Source: Arcobacteraceae bacterium
GTDB taxonomy: Bacteria; Campylobacterota; Campylobacteria; Campylobacterales; Arcobacteraceae
NCBI GenBank assembly: GCA_965224485.1
Contig: CBDCZH010000015.1
Coordinates: 512,001-576,000, forward strand
DNA length: 64,000 nucleotides
Reading direction: 5' to 3'
Shown here: positions 20,564-31,677 of the stretch, one piece after another
Layout: each line of letters opens with the position of its first letter
How positions within the stretch are numbered: the first letter of the stretch is position 1
Translations under genes and position numbers: made by a program
The notes under the pieces: model-generated
Seen by the model: the letters and a program-made list of their open reading frames with translations, nothing else
Told to the model about the DNA's origin: nothing
The model's database searches: none

Positions 20564-21556
20564 ATGAATATAAAAAGCATAAATCTTAAACTTAGCAAAA
20601 ATATTAAAAAATATAATTTACCACAAGCTATTCGTGTGGTTTCTTATTATTTAAAACAATTTTATGAAAATGAGACTTATGAAAATTTATATAAAAGAGT
20701 TAATTTTAAATCTAATGCAAGTTTATCTTTTCAAAAAAGCGAAATCTCAAATATTGAATTTTATGAAGATGAGATAAAAGGTAAAAAAGTTGAAATAACA
20801 CTTAACTTTTTAGGTCTTTTTGGAAGTTCTTCACCGTTACCTTCTCACTATAACGAGATGGTTTTAGAAAGTTTTGATACAGATAAAGTTTTATATGATT
20901 TTTTAAATCTTTTTAATAATAATTTACAAAAATTCATATATCCAATCTGGCAAAAACAGAGATATCACATTGAGTATAAAAAAGATTTAAAAGATAAATT
21001 TTCTAAATATATGCTTTCACTATTAGGTCTTTATTCAAATATAAACCTTGATGATAATAAATTAGATTTTCATAAATTGATGCCTTACATAGGTATTTTA
21101 AGTATGAGACAAAAATCAGCTGGAACTTTAGTTTCTATTTTACGACATTATTTAGATTTTGATGAAATTGAAATTTTACAATGTATGAAAATGCAATCTA
21201 TTATTCCTTCTTGGCAATATGGAAAATTAGGAGAAGAAAATAGCTCTTTGGGTCAAAATATGATGATTGGAGAGTTTGTTACAAATAGAACTTCTAAGTT
21301 TAGGATTTTACTTAAAAATGTAGAAGCTAGTGATATGTATAAATACAGTATTCATGGAAATAAAAGAGATGAGTTAAAAGATTTAATCTCTTTTGCTTTT
21401 AACGAACCTCTGGAATATGATGTTTGTTTAGAGATAAAAAAAGAAAAGAAAATACCCTTAGAATTACATGAAGAAACTAAAAGATATTTAGGAATTAATT
21501 GTTGGATTGGTAATGCAAGCAGTGATGAACAAATAATAATTGCACAAAAAGGATAA
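20564..21556 (+). CDS. tssG: T6SS baseplate TssG
   Basis: NFLGLFGSSSPLPSHY and DFLNLFN. Confidence 0.93.
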   Translation: MNIKSINLKLSKNIKKYNLPQAIRVVSYYLKQFYENETYENLYKRVNFKSNASLSFQKSEISNIEFYEDEIKGKKVEITLNFLGLFGSSSPLPSHYNEMVLESFDTDKVLYDFLNLFNNNLQKFIYPIWQKQRYHIEYKKDLKDKFSKYMLSLLGLYSNINLDDNKLDFHKLMPYIGILSMRQKSAGTLVSILRHYLDFDEIEILQCMKMQSIIPSWQYGKLGEENSSLGQNMMIGEFVTNRTSKFRILLKNVEASDMYKYSIHGNKRDELKDLISFAFNEPLEYDVCLEIKKEKKIPLELHEETKRYLGINCWIGNASSDEQIIIAQKG

Positions 21557-21558
21557 AA

Positions 21559-24120
21559 ATGAAAATAGAGTTAAGTGAATTAATAAAAGCATTAGATAGT
21601 AATACTAAAAAACAAGTAGAAAATGCCGCTCAAAGATGTATAAGTAGAGGTGGAAATGAGATTCTAATTGAAGATATATTATTTGTAATGTGTGAAAATG
21701 AAAATAGTTTATTAAATGCTGTTCTAAGTCATTATAAGATTGATGTGCAAGAGATGCTAAGTGCTTTATTACATGGTGTGAAAATGAGTGCAACTGAGAG
21801 TTCAAGTCCAGTATTTTCAACACATTTAATAAAGTGGATTGAAGATGCTTTTTTAATTACTAAAATGAAATTAGATTTAATAGAAATATCAGATGCCTCT
21901 TTAATTTTATCTTTATTTGATAATTCAAATAAGTATATCAATACAAAATATTTTAAACTTTTATTAGATATACCTTTTGATGAAGTAAAAGCTTTAATTT
22001 CTGGACTTAACGAAGAAGCCGTACTAGAAGGTACAAGTAGAAGAAATATAAAAAGTAAGATTAACACATCAGCCGAATTAGATAGATATACAACAAATCT
22101 AACCAAGCAAGCAAAAGATGGAGAAATTGACCCTGTTTTATGTAGAGACGATGAGATAAAACAAGCTATTGATATTTTACTAAGACGAAGAAAAAACAAT
22201 CCAATAATGGTAGGAGAAGCTGGTGTTGGTAAAACTGCTATTATTGAAGGTCTTGCTTTAAAAATCTTAAACAAAGAAGTTCCAAAGCAGTTATATAAAG
22301 CACAAATATTATCACTTGATCTAGGAGCATTACAAGCAGGTGCTTCTGTTAAAGGTGAGTTTGAGAGAAGATTACAAGCTGTTATTAATGAAATCCAAAA
22401 TTCAAGTGATTTTATAATTTTATTTATAGATGAAGCACATACTTTAATAGGAGCTGGAGCAGATAAAGGTGGTGGAGATGCTGCAAATTTATTAAAACCA
22501 GCTCTTGCGCGTGGAAAACTTAGAACAATTGCAGCAACTACATGGTTAGAATATAGAAAATACTTTGAGAAAGATGCAGCATTATCAAGAAGATTTCAAA
22601 AAATAGATATTTTAGAGCCTAAAGTAGAAGATGCTATTACTATTTTAAGAGGTCTTGCATCTAAATATGAAGAAGCACATGAGGTATACATAGAAGATGA
22701 AGCATTAAATGCAGCAGTAGTTTTATCGTCTAGATATATCACAGGACGACAACTTCCAGATAAAGCTATTGATGTATTAGATACAGCTTGTGCAAATGTA
22801 AAAATAAGTAAAACAAATACTCCTTTTATTTTACAAAAAACAAATACAAGAATAGAAGAGCTTAAAAGAGAAAAGGAGTTCTTTTCAAGAGATGAAAAAA
22901 GAGGAATTAAAGATTATTCTTCAAAAATCAAAATTTTAGATGAAAAAATTCAAGAACTAGAAGAAAAAGCTATAAAAATAGAAGAGTCTTGGGCTGCACA
23001 AAAAGAAGCTATGGATAAACTAACACTTATTTTAGAAAGTGGAAGTAAAGAAGAAATCATTACACAAAATGAGAAAATAAAACTCTTACAAGAAAAAAAC
23101 ACTTATATCCACAAGAATATCACAAAAGAACAAATAGCAGAAGTAATCTCATCTTGGACTGGAATTCCTTTAGGAAATATGATTAATGAACAAATAAAAG
23201 ATGTTCTATCTTTGGAAAAAAAGATGAAAAGTAGAATCATTGGACAAGATGGTGCTATTTCATATATAAATCAGTTCTTGCAAATCTCAACAGCTGGTTT
23301 AAAAAAAGAAAATGCACCTGCTGGAGTATTTTTATTAGTTGGTCCTAGTGGAGTTGGTAAAACAGAAACAGCTTTAAGTATTGCGGACTTGCTGTTTGGT
23401 GGACAGAGGTTTATTACAACAATTAATATGACAGAGTTTCAAGAAAAACATACTGTTTCACGATTACTTGGTTCACCTCCTGGTTATGTTGGATATGGAG
23501 ATGGAGGGCAATTAACTGATCCTGTTCGTGTTAAGCCCTATTCTGTTGTACTTTTAGATGAGATAGAAAAAGCTCATCCAGATATTTTAAATATTTTTTA
23601 TCAGTTATTTGATAAAGGTGTATTGAATGATGGGGAAGGAAGAGAAATTGACTTTAAAAATACAATTATTTTAATGACTTCAAATTTAGCAACAAATGAA
23701 ATAACACAATTATGCGAAGAAAATGAAAGTATTACTATTGATGAAATAAGAGAGCAAATAACACCAATCTTAAGTGATTATTTAAAACCTGCACTTTTAG
23801 GAAGAATGAGTGTTGTTCCCTACTTTAATTTAAAAGATGAAGCATTAAGAGAAATCACACAATTAAAACTAAAATTCATTGAGAAACAACTTCTTAAAAA
23901 AGAGATTGCATTTTCTTATGATAATAGTTTATTAGACTATATAACTTCATTATCAAATGCAAAAGATACAGGAGCACGTAATATTGAGCTGATTATTAAT
24001 ACAAAAATTATGCCAAAACTTTCAAGAGTTATTTTAGATGCTGCTGTAAAAAATGAATCAATTAAAAGTTTAGAAATAAGTGTAGATGATGAAAATAAAA
24101 TTTTAATAAGGAGTTTATAA
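21559..24120 (+). CDS. tssH: T6SS AAA+ ATPase ClpV
   Basis: IDPVLCRD.EI, RRRKNNP, two Walker A motifs, GSPPGYVGYG; lies within the T6SS operon. Confidence 0.93.
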   Translation: MKIELSELIKALDSNTKKQVENAAQRCISRGGNEILIEDILFVMCENENSLLNAVLSHYKIDVQEMLSALLHGVKMSATESSSPVFSTHLIKWIEDAFLITKMKLDLIEISDASLILSLFDNSNKYINTKYFKLLLDIPFDEVKALISGLNEEAVLEGTSRRNIKSKINTSAELDRYTTNLTKQAKDGEIDPVLCRDDEIKQAIDILLRRRKNNPIMVGEAGVGKTAIIEGLALKILNKEVPKQLYKAQILSLDLGALQAGASVKGEFERRLQAVINEIQNSSDFIILFIDEAHTLIGAGADKGGGDAANLLKPALARGKLRTIAATTWLEYRKYFEKDAALSRRFQKIDILEPKVEDAITILRGLASKYEEAHEVYIEDEALNAAVVLSSRYITGRQLPDKAIDVLDTACANVKISKTNTPFILQKTNTRIEELKREKEFFSRDEKRGIKDYSSKIKILDEKIQELEEKAIKIEESWAAQKEAMDKLTLILESGSKEEIITQNEKIKLLQEKNTYIHKNITKEQIAEVISSWTGIPLGNMINEQIKDVLSLEKKMKSRIIGQDGAISYINQFLQISTAGLKKENAPAGVFLLVGPSGVGKTETALSIADLLFGGQRFITTINMTEFQEKHTVSRLLGSPPGYVGYGDGGQLTDPVRVKPYSVVLLDEIEKAHPDILNIFYQLFDKGVLNDGEGREIDFKNTIILMTSNLATNEITQLCEENESITIDEIREQITPILSDYLKPALLGRMSVVPYFNLKDEALREITQLKLKFIEKQLLKKEIAFSYDNSLLDYITSLSNAKDTGARNIELIINTKIMPKLSRVILDAAVKNESIKSLEISVDDENKILIRSL

Positions 24121-24254
24121 TGAAAAAAACTATTTTAAAACTATCTTTAGCTGGTGCAATATTTGCAATACTTCTTTCAGGGTGTGCTTCATTTCAAGAG
24201 ACATATAAACCTTTATACCAAGTAAAACCATTAATTGAAGAAGTGAAGGAATAA
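24120..24254 (+). CDS. 44-aa lipoprotein MKKTILKLSLAGAIFAILLSGCASFQETYKPLYQVKPLIEEVKE (positional equivalent of H2-T6SS orfX)
   Basis: AAGGAG SD; TAATG coupling to clpV; lipobox LSGC; stops just before the fha ATG. Confidence 0.8.
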   Translation: MKKTILKLSLAGAIFAILLSGCASFQETYKPLYQVKPLIEEVKE

Positions 24255-24255
24255 A

Positions 24256-25500
24256 ATGAAATTAGTATTTGATATTATAAAAAGTGGAGAGAATCTTCCA
24301 CTTAAAAGAAATTATCACTTTAATAAAGAAGATGGAACTATTGGGCGTTCAAACGAAGCATCTTGGCAATTAGCAGATAAACATAACTATATCTCTAATG
24401 CACATGTTCATATTGAATATAAAGATGAAGTTTATTTTATAAGAGATGAAAGTACAAATGGTACTTTTTTAAAATTCCCTTATAAAAGACTTCCTAAAGG
24501 TAATCGAATCAAAGTTAACTCAACAGATATTTATATCTTAGGAGATCATGAGATTCAAGCAAGATTTGTAGAAGATGATTTCTCAGAAGATATTTTAGAT
24601 CAATTTTCTACAAATGAAGAGAAAAGTTCTGCTTCAAGTTCTGCAAGTACTGAAAATGAAAATCTAATTCCTGACGATGACTTTTTATCAAATGAACCTT
24701 TTGATAACTTAGAGAAAGAAGAACTTAATGTTATGAAAATTGTAAGTAATAAGAGCACAGCAACTTATGATAATACAGTTTCATCTATTGAAATTCAAAG
24801 CGATGATGAACAAAGTGATTTAGATGAGCAACATATAAGTATTCCTAAATTCTCTAAAAAAGATTTTGATTTAGACTCAAATATAAAAGATACTTCACTA
24901 CAAAGAAGTATTTTAATTTTAGAAAAGAAATTAGGTATAGAAATCTGTTCACTTGAGAAAGACGATAGAGACCTTATAATGGAAGAATTAGGTGATATTA
25001 TTTTAAATACTTTAAGCTCATTAAAACACTCATTGCATTTAAAAGAAAAAGTAAAAGAAGATTTAAGAGTTTTAAAAGCAAATGAAAAAACAAGTGATGT
25101 TAATCCAATTTTATTTGGACAATCAGCATCTTCATTACTAAAAAATCAAGAAACAGGCGGACTTTTAGGAATGAGTAAGATTTCAGAAGCTATTACTCAA
25201 TCTTTTGAAGAATTAGATAATCACAATATTGCCCTACATGCAAGTAGTAAAAATATCATACAAATTGCAAGTGCAAAATTTTCTCCTAAAAACTTAGAGT
25301 ACCACTTTGAGAGTTCAGGAGCACTGAGATCTTTTTTTATTCCTAAAAAAGTAATGATTTGGAGAGCATATAAAAATATGTTTAATAATCTTGATGAAAA
25401 CCCACAGTTAAGTGTTGATTTGATTAATGATGATTTTTCAAAAGAGTATAACAATATAGCTTATAGTATCTCTTTAGCAACACAAAAATTAGTAAGATAG
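24256..25500 (+). CDS. tagH: T6SS FHA domain protein (Fha/TagH)
   Basis: IGR...ISNAH...DESTNGT FHA signature. Confidence 0.9.
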   Translation: MKLVFDIIKSGENLPLKRNYHFNKEDGTIGRSNEASWQLADKHNYISNAHVHIEYKDEVYFIRDESTNGTFLKFPYKRLPKGNRIKVNSTDIYILGDHEIQARFVEDDFSEDILDQFSTNEEKSSASSSASTENENLIPDDDFLSNEPFDNLEKEELNVMKIVSNKSTATYDNTVSSIEIQSDDEQSDLDEQHISIPKFSKKDFDLDSNIKDTSLQRSILILEKKLGIEICSLEKDDRDLIMEELGDIILNTLSSLKHSLHLKEKVKEDLRVLKANEKTSDVNPILFGQSASSLLKNQETGGLLGMSKISEAITQSFEELDNHNIALHASSKNIIQIASAKFSPKNLEYHFESSGALRSFFIPKKVMIWRAYKNMFNNLDENPQLSVDLINDDFSKEYNNIAYSISLATQKLVR

Positions 25501-25508
25501 GAGAGAAA

Positions 25509-25961
25509 ATGAAAACAATTATACAAGTTATTACACTTACAATCTTGGCATTTTTTATAAGTGCTTGTGCAAGTAAGAAACCAACACATATAGAATTAGT
25601 TATAAACTCACAAAAAGAGTTAAATCATGATGTTAAAAATATTTCATCACCTTTAATGTTAGTTTTTTATGAACTAGAATCAGCAGAAAAATTTTCAAAA
25701 TTTGATTATTGGGATTTATTAGATAAATCAGGAGAAAAACTGAGTTCAGATTTAGTATCTCAAACAAAACAAATAATTTTACCAAATCAAGAACAAACAT
25801 ATAAAATTGTTTTTGATAATAGAACAAAATTTTTAGGTGTTATTGGAAAATTTAGAAATGTAAAAAATTCAAACTGGAAATATGTTATTAACTTAGATAA
25901 AAATACATATAACTATAAAGAATTAGTAGTACAAGACTATACAATTTTGGATAAAAAATAA
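25509..25961 (+). CDS. tssJ: T6SS outer membrane lipoprotein
   Basis: Lipobox ISAC; LN.D...SPL...YEL and FLGVIGKFR. Confidence 0.9.
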   Translation: MKTIIQVITLTILAFFISACASKKPTHIELVINSQKELNHDVKNISSPLMLVFYELESAEKFSKFDYWDLLDKSGEKLSSDLVSQTKQIILPNQEQTYKIVFDNRTKFLGVIGKFRNVKNSNWKYVINLDKNTYNYKELVVQDYTILDKK

Positions 25962-27286
25962 TGGAAAATAGAATTGTATGGAAAGAGGGATTATTTATAA
26001 GACCTCAGCATTTCCAGCAAAATGATAGATATTATGCTTATGAACTAATGACAAGAACAAGTGAACTTGGTAGCAATAAATGGGGTTTTATCAACTTAGA
26101 TATAGATAAACACCTTTTAGGAATAGGTAAAATTGTAATTAAAAATGCTAAAGGTATTCTTCCAGATGGAACATTATTTGATATTCAAGCTAAAGATAAT
26201 ACTTTAGCATTAGATATTAAAAGTGATGATTTTGGGAAAAATGTATATCTTGCACTTCCAGTTTTAATACATAATAGTGATGATGTACACTTTGAAGATC
26301 AAGAAAATATATTAACAAGATTTTCATCTTCTAGCGTTTTAGATGTACCAAATACTAATGCAGGGGAAAATTCTGTTGCTGATCTTTTATGTGCACAACA
26401 TAATTTTAAACTTTTACTAGAAGATGAAGTTAATGATGGTTATATCAAAATAAAAATAGCAAATATAGTGTCTTTAAGTGCTAGTGGTATTGTATCTTTA
26501 GATGAGACATACATTCCTACATACATTCATTTAAATAAATCAGATGATTTAGTATCTAAATTAAATGAATTAATGAGTATGTTAACTTATAGAGCAGAAA
26601 AATTAGCACAAAAGATAAGTCACTCAGTTTTGCAAACTTCTGAATTAGGTAACTACTTAATGTTGCAACTATTAAACAAAACACAAAGTAGATTTCACTT
26701 CTTTTTAACTCAAGATAGAATTCATCCTCAAGATGTATTTTTAGAACTTACAACCTTAGCTGGTGAATTAGCAGTTTTTATGAAAAAAGAAAAAAAAATT
26801 ACAGAACAATTTATTTATGCACATGAAAATATTGGCTTAAGTTTTAAAACAATTATTGATGAATTAAAAGATATGTTAAGTATGGTTTTAGAACAAAACT
26901 CAATTTCTTTACCAATTGATCAAAGAAAATATGGAATTAATGTAGCTCAGATTAAAGATAAAAAACTTATTCAAAACTCTAACTTTATTTTCACTGTTAC
27001 AGCTGATGCTTCAAGTGAAAAAATTAAAGAAGTACTTATGTCAAATCTTAAAATGGGAAGTATAGAAACTATTAGAAATCTAGTTAATTATCATTTAATT
27101 GGTTTTAAAATAAAACCTTTATCTTCTCCTCCAAGAGAGATTCCATATAGAGTAAATCATTTATATTTTAAAGTTGAACTTAGTTCTATTGATAAAGATG
27201 AATTAGAGCGTTCTGGTGGTTTTGCTTTCCACTTATCTGCTGAATTACCCAATTTAGCTTATGCACTATGGGCAATTAGAAATTAA
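25961..27286 (+). CDS. tssK: T6SS baseplate TssK
   Basis: WKEGLFIRPQHFQQ, PDGTLFD and WAIR. Confidence 0.96.
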   Translation: MENRIVWKEGLFIRPQHFQQNDRYYAYELMTRTSELGSNKWGFINLDIDKHLLGIGKIVIKNAKGILPDGTLFDIQAKDNTLALDIKSDDFGKNVYLALPVLIHNSDDVHFEDQENILTRFSSSSVLDVPNTNAGENSVADLLCAQHNFKLLLEDEVNDGYIKIKIANIVSLSASGIVSLDETYIPTYIHLNKSDDLVSKLNELMSMLTYRAEKLAQKISHSVLQTSELGNYLMLQLLNKTQSRFHFFLTQDRIHPQDVFLELTTLAGELAVFMKKEKKITEQFIYAHENIGLSFKTIIDELKDMLSMVLEQNSISLPIDQRKYGINVAQIKDKKLIQNSNFIFTVTADASSEKIKEVLMSNLKMGSIETIRNLVNYHLIGFKIKPLSSPPREIPYRVNHLYFKVELSSIDKDELERSGGFAFHLSAELPNLAYALWAIRN

Positions 27287-27298
27287 GAAAGGAAAAAA

Positions 27299-28192
27299 AT
27301 GCAAAATCAAACAATATTAATTCCATCAAGCAAAAATGATAATAATTCATTGACAAACTTTTCACAGCAAGAGAGTACTTACGATAACTTTAGAAATAAA
27401 AGCATGAACTTTGTAAGAAATAGAGTGAAGAAAACACATATACCTTATTATGATGAAGATATTAATCACTTCTTAATAGCATCATCACCTTTATTTAAAC
27501 AACTTACTTTAGTACAAGGTAATTATGATGTAGGTTCTATTAATGATGTAAGACAAGCTTTTATAGATAATATAAATAACTATTCACAAACAATAGCTCA
27601 ATATGATATAGAAGAGTCTCAAGTTTTAGTATCTAGATACATTTTATGTACGTTTATAGATGAACTTATAAATACAACATTTTTTGGAAGAGAAAATGAT
27701 TGGTCTTCTAATAGTTTATTAAGCATCTTTCATAATGAAAGTTATGGAGGAGAGAACTTTTTTAGACTTTTAGATAAATTTTTAAAAGCTCCTGCTAAAT
27801 ATATTTATATCTTAGAACTTATGTATGTATGTATATCATTAGGTTTTGAAGGAAGATACAGAGTTAATACTTCTAATAAACATGAATTAACAATAATTAA
27901 AGATAGTTTATATAAACAAATTAAGATAATTCAAGGACGTGAGCCATTAAAGTTTTATACAAAACATAACGCCTCAACAATGAAACATAGACTTTTTTAT
28001 ATGGTGTCGTACCCAAGTATTATTTTAAGTACTTGTTTACTCTTATGTATTATTTACATAGGTCTAACATATAGTTTAAGTAAAGAAAGTACAAAGTTTG
28101 AAAATATGATTAATGCAAAACACGGAAAACTATCCTACTTAAATAAGAATAATTTCAATTTAGAAGATTATCAAAAGGATTCAAATGAGTAA
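27299..28192 (+). CDS. tssL: T6SS DotU/TssL (no OmpA domain)
   Basis: RYILCTFIDE, FHNESYGGENFF, LGFEGRY and a C-terminal TM helix. Confidence 0.95.
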   Translation: MQNQTILIPSSKNDNNSLTNFSQQESTYDNFRNKSMNFVRNRVKKTHIPYYDEDINHFLIASSPLFKQLTLVQGNYDVGSINDVRQAFIDNINNYSQTIAQYDIEESQVLVSRYILCTFIDELINTTFFGRENDWSSNSLLSIFHNESYGGENFFRLLDKFLKAPAKYIYILELMYVCISLGFEGRYRVNTSNKHELTIIKDSLYKQIKIIQGREPLKFYTKHNASTMKHRLFYMVSYPSIILSTCLLLCIIYIGLTYSLSKESTKFENMINAKHGKLSYLNKNNFNLEDYQKDSNE

Positions 28193-31100
28193 GTTTTTTC
28201 AAGCCTCAATATTTAAAAGTGGAGTTTTCTGGACACTTTTTATTGCTTTCTTAGTCTCAATGACTATTATTTTTGTATTTCCTTTCTTTTTTGAATCATA
28301 TAAAGATTTAACATATAGACTTCTTATTGCTTTTTCAATTTTCTTTATAACACTTGTTTTAGTTTTACTTTATGTAATTTTTTTACAAGAGCGAACACAG
28401 CAAATGCTTAAAGAAAGACGGGAGCGAAAATTAAAAGAAGAAGAAAAACATAAAATAATCAAAGAAAAAATCAAAGATATCAAAACTAGATTTAATGAAG
28501 CACTTAAAATATTAAAAAAATCTACTTTATATAAAAATACAAGAAGAGCAAGATATGAGCTACCTTGGTATTTAATGGTAGGAAAAGAATCAGAAGGTAA
28601 AACTACTTTATTAGAAGCTTCTGGCTTAGACTTCCCTATTAATGTAAACTATGAGAATAGAAGTGTAAAAGAAGAAGGTTCTACTAAAAACTTTCAGTGG
28701 TATTATGCTGAGCATGCTATTTTTATTGATATGCCTGGTAATTATATTCATCAAGAACAAGATGAAAATGATTCTATTGTATGGCAAAAAGGATTTTTGA
28801 AATTATTTGCTAAAAAGAGAAGCAGACGTCCTATTAATGGAATAGTTTTAAATATTAGTGTTGATACTTTTATATCTAAAAGTGAAAAAGAATTAGAACA
28901 ATATGGAAAAGATTTAAGAGATAGATTTGATGAACTTTCAAATGGTTTTGCATCTAGTATTCCTATTTATTTAGTGATTACAAAATCAGATAATATTGTA
29001 GGATACAATGAGTACTTTTCAACTTTAAGTGAAGAAGAAAAAGAAGAAGTTTTAGGTGTTACTTTTAATGATCCAAAACAAAGTATAGATACAACAGTTG
29101 TAAGACCTGAATTAGAAAAACTTTTAAAAAGAGTAAATAGTTCTGTTATTGATAAGTTACATCACGAATGGGATGAAGATTCAAGAACTAAAATTTTATT
29201 ATTTTGTGATGAGTTTTCTAATATCTTTGAGAAAATTGGTATGTTTACTGATATTTGTTTTGCTCAAACTAGATATAGAAAATCACTAATGTTAAGAGGA
29301 ATTTATTTTACTTCAGTTCCACAAGAAGAAGAAATAGATACATCTTATTTATTAGGCACTAAAAAAGAAGAAAAACTTAGTACTGGAAGAAGTTCAAGAG
29401 GTTATTTTATTAAAAACCTTTTACAAAATGTAATCTTTCCTGAATCTGATTTAATTAATATGGATTTAAATTATAAAAAAATAAACAAAAGAAAACAGAC
29501 TATATCTTTGAGTTTAGCAGTAGCTTCTGTTGTTTTATTTTCATTTATTTGGATAAAAGATTTTGTTAATCATAATAATTTACTTCATGATTTAGAAAAT
29601 AGATTTGAAAAAGTTTCAATTCAAAGAGATAATATAAATACTAGTGATAATTTTGAAGATATTTTAAAAACAATAAATGAAATTGATTCAATTAAAGAAA
29701 CATATGAAAAAGAAACATCTTCTAGTTTTTATAAACTAACATTTTTTAATGTAGAAGATAAAACAACAAGTTTATATAATCTTTATCAAGACTCTTTATA
29801 TAAACTTTTATTACCAAGAGTTGCAAAACTTTTAAATAATCAGATTATGTCAAACCTTAATAATTATGATAGAACTTGGAAGAATACAGAAACATACTTG
29901 ATGTTAAATAACGAGAAACATAGAGACAATGATGTTTTAAAAACTTCTTTAGCTACATCATGGGCTAGACTTTATCCAAATAAACCTACAGTTCAAAGAT
30001 CTCTAAATAAGCATTTTAAGCAACTTCTTAGTTTTGGATACACTCCTTATTCTTTAGATAAAAATACTTTAAAAATAGCAAGAGCGGTATTAACAAGTAA
30101 AGGAACTATTTCTATTACTTATAATGCTTTAAAACAAAAAGTTCAAGAAAATATGAACTTAAAAAGTTTTAGTTTTTCTCAAGTTTTAGGAAGTAATATA
30201 GCTTCATTTGATTCTGATAATATTAAGATTCCTGGTTTTTATACAAAAGAAGGATACTCAAAAGTTATAGTTGCACAAGGAAAAGCTTTAACAAAAGAAG
30301 TACTTTTAAATAACTGGGTATTAGGTGCTAGAACTGATCTAACTTCTAGTGAAATAAATGATATTTATTCACAAGTTCTAAGTTATTATTTCAAAGATTA
30401 TAAACGTTATTGGTTAAGTGCAATATCATCTTTAAATATACCAAAGAAAAAAACAGTTGCTGGTTTAAGTAATCAATTAGAAACATTAAGTTCGGGGGAT
30501 TCTCCTATACTTTCTGTTTTAAGCTCACTAAAAATAAATACAGATATTTATACTCCAGCTGAAGTACTAATGAAAAAACCAAAAGTTAAAATTAGACTTT
30601 TAGATAAAATTGCAAAAATAGCTTCTAAAAATGCTTTGAAAAAAGCACAAACTGTGATGTCAAATATGAGTGTTAAAAATGTTAGAACTTTTTTCAAACC
30701 TTATCATGAATTATTAGATGAGGAAAATAACATAGGTCCTGATATTCAAAATGCAATGAGCAAACTAGATGAAGTTTTCCAAGAAATGACAGCAATTTAT
30801 GGAGGTGTTGAACCTGCACAAGATGCTTATAGAGTTGTAAATGGAAGAGTTACAGGAAAACATGAACCTATTATAAAAAACTTTACTTCTTTACCTATTC
30901 ATGTAAGAAAATGGTATTCACAAGCATTGAGAAATAACTGGAATTATTTATTAGCTCAGGCAAAAATTCATATTAATACTAAGTATAAAGAAGATGTTAT
31001 GACTTATTATAATGAAAAGCTAAAAAACAAATATCCTTTAAAAAGAAAAGCTTATAAAAGCAGTGTTAAAGTTGAAGATTTTAATGACTTCTTTAAAATA

Positions 31101-31601
31101 AATGGTGTTTTAGATACTTTCTTTAAAGCTTATATCTCACCTTTTGTAAAACTTAACAAAATTACATACAGAAGATTTAGAGCTTTAGAACTTGATGGTA
31201 GTGTCATAGGTTTTGATTTAGAGTTTATGAAAGATATTTTAAGATCTTATAGAATAAGAAAAGCTTTGTTTTCAAGTAGTGGTAAAGATATAGGAACAGT
31301 TGCTTATTTTAGACCAGTTGATTTAGAGCGAACATTAGCAACCATGCAATTAAACTATGATGAAGAATCAATTATTTATGAACATGGACCAATTAGAGAT
31401 ACAAGAATAACTTGGCCTCAAAAAAGTTTAAGTGCTGGTTCTAGTTTTATACTTTATGATATTAAACATGAAAAAGTTTTAGATAGTTCACAAGAAGGAG
31501 AATGGGCTTTATTTAAATTAATAGATACTTTTAAAATAAAAAAAGTTACAAAAAATTCTATTTATTTTGAATATAAAAAGATAGATATAAAGTTTCTATG
31601 A
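28185..31601 (+). CDS. tssM: T6SS membrane complex IcmF/TssM; last ~30 codons appear to lie in the -1 frame (to 31678)
   Basis: YELPWY..G....GKTT, PINGIV, LRGIYFTS, IPGFYTKEGY and GEWALFKL. Confidence 0.93.
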   Translation: MSKFFQASIFKSGVFWTLFIAFLVSMTIIFVFPFFFESYKDLTYRLLIAFSIFFITLVLVLLYVIFLQERTQQMLKERRERKLKEEEKHKIIKEKIKDIKTRFNEALKILKKSTLYKNTRRARYELPWYLMVGKESEGKTTLLEASGLDFPINVNYENRSVKEEGSTKNFQWYYAEHAIFIDMPGNYIHQEQDENDSIVWQKGFLKLFAKKRSRRPINGIVLNISVDTFISKSEKELEQYGKDLRDRFDELSNGFASSIPIYLVITKSDNIVGYNEYFSTLSEEEKEEVLGVTFNDPKQSIDTTVVRPELEKLLKRVNSSVIDKLHHEWDEDSRTKILLFCDEFSNIFEKIGMFTDICFAQTRYRKSLMLRGIYFTSVPQEEEIDTSYLLGTKKEEKLSTGRSSRGYFIKNLLQNVIFPESDLINMDLNYKKINKRKQTISLSLAVASVVLFSFIWIKDFVNHNNLLHDLENRFEKVSIQRDNINTSDNFEDILKTINEIDSIKETYEKETSSSFYKLTFFNVEDKTTSLYNLYQDSLYKLLLPRVAKLLNNQIMSNLNNYDRTWKNTETYLMLNNEKHRDNDVLKTSLATSWARLYPNKPTVQRSLNKHFKQLLSFGYTPYSLDKNTLKIARAVLTSKGTISITYNALKQKVQENMNLKSFSFSQVLGSNIASFDSDNIKIPGFYTKEGYSKVIVAQGKALTKEVLLNNWVLGARTDLTSSEINDIYSQVLSYYFKDYKRYWLSAISSLNIPKKKTVAGLSNQLETLSSGDSPILSVLSSLKINTDIYTPAEVLMKKPKVKIRLLDKIAKIASKNALKKAQTVMSNMSVKNVRTFFKPYHELLDEENNIGPDIQNAMSKLDEVFQEMTAIYGGVEPAQDAYRVVNGRVTGKHEPIIKNFTSLPIHVRKWYSQALRNNWNYLLAQAKIHINTKYKEDVMTYYNEKLKNKYPLKRKAYKSSVKVEDFNDFFKINGVLDTFFKAYISPFVKLNKITYRRFRALELDGSVIGFDLEFMKDILRSYRIRKALFSSSGKDIGTVAYFRPVDLERTLATMQLNYDEESIIYEHGPIRDTRITWPQKSLSAGSSFILYDIKHEKVLDSSQEGEWALFKLIDTFKIKKVTKNSIYFEYKKIDIKFL

Positions 31602-31677
31602 AATTAAAAGGTTCTCTTAGTAAGATATTTACAAGAAGCAACCCACTTAGAGGTTTTAGACTTAATGGAAATATTTA

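Noticed and set aside
24061..24256. Remnant of a sigma54 activator (sfa2/vasH) after clpV
   Set aside because: The interval is fully occupied by the small lipoprotein ORF, with no AAA+ or GAFTGA trace
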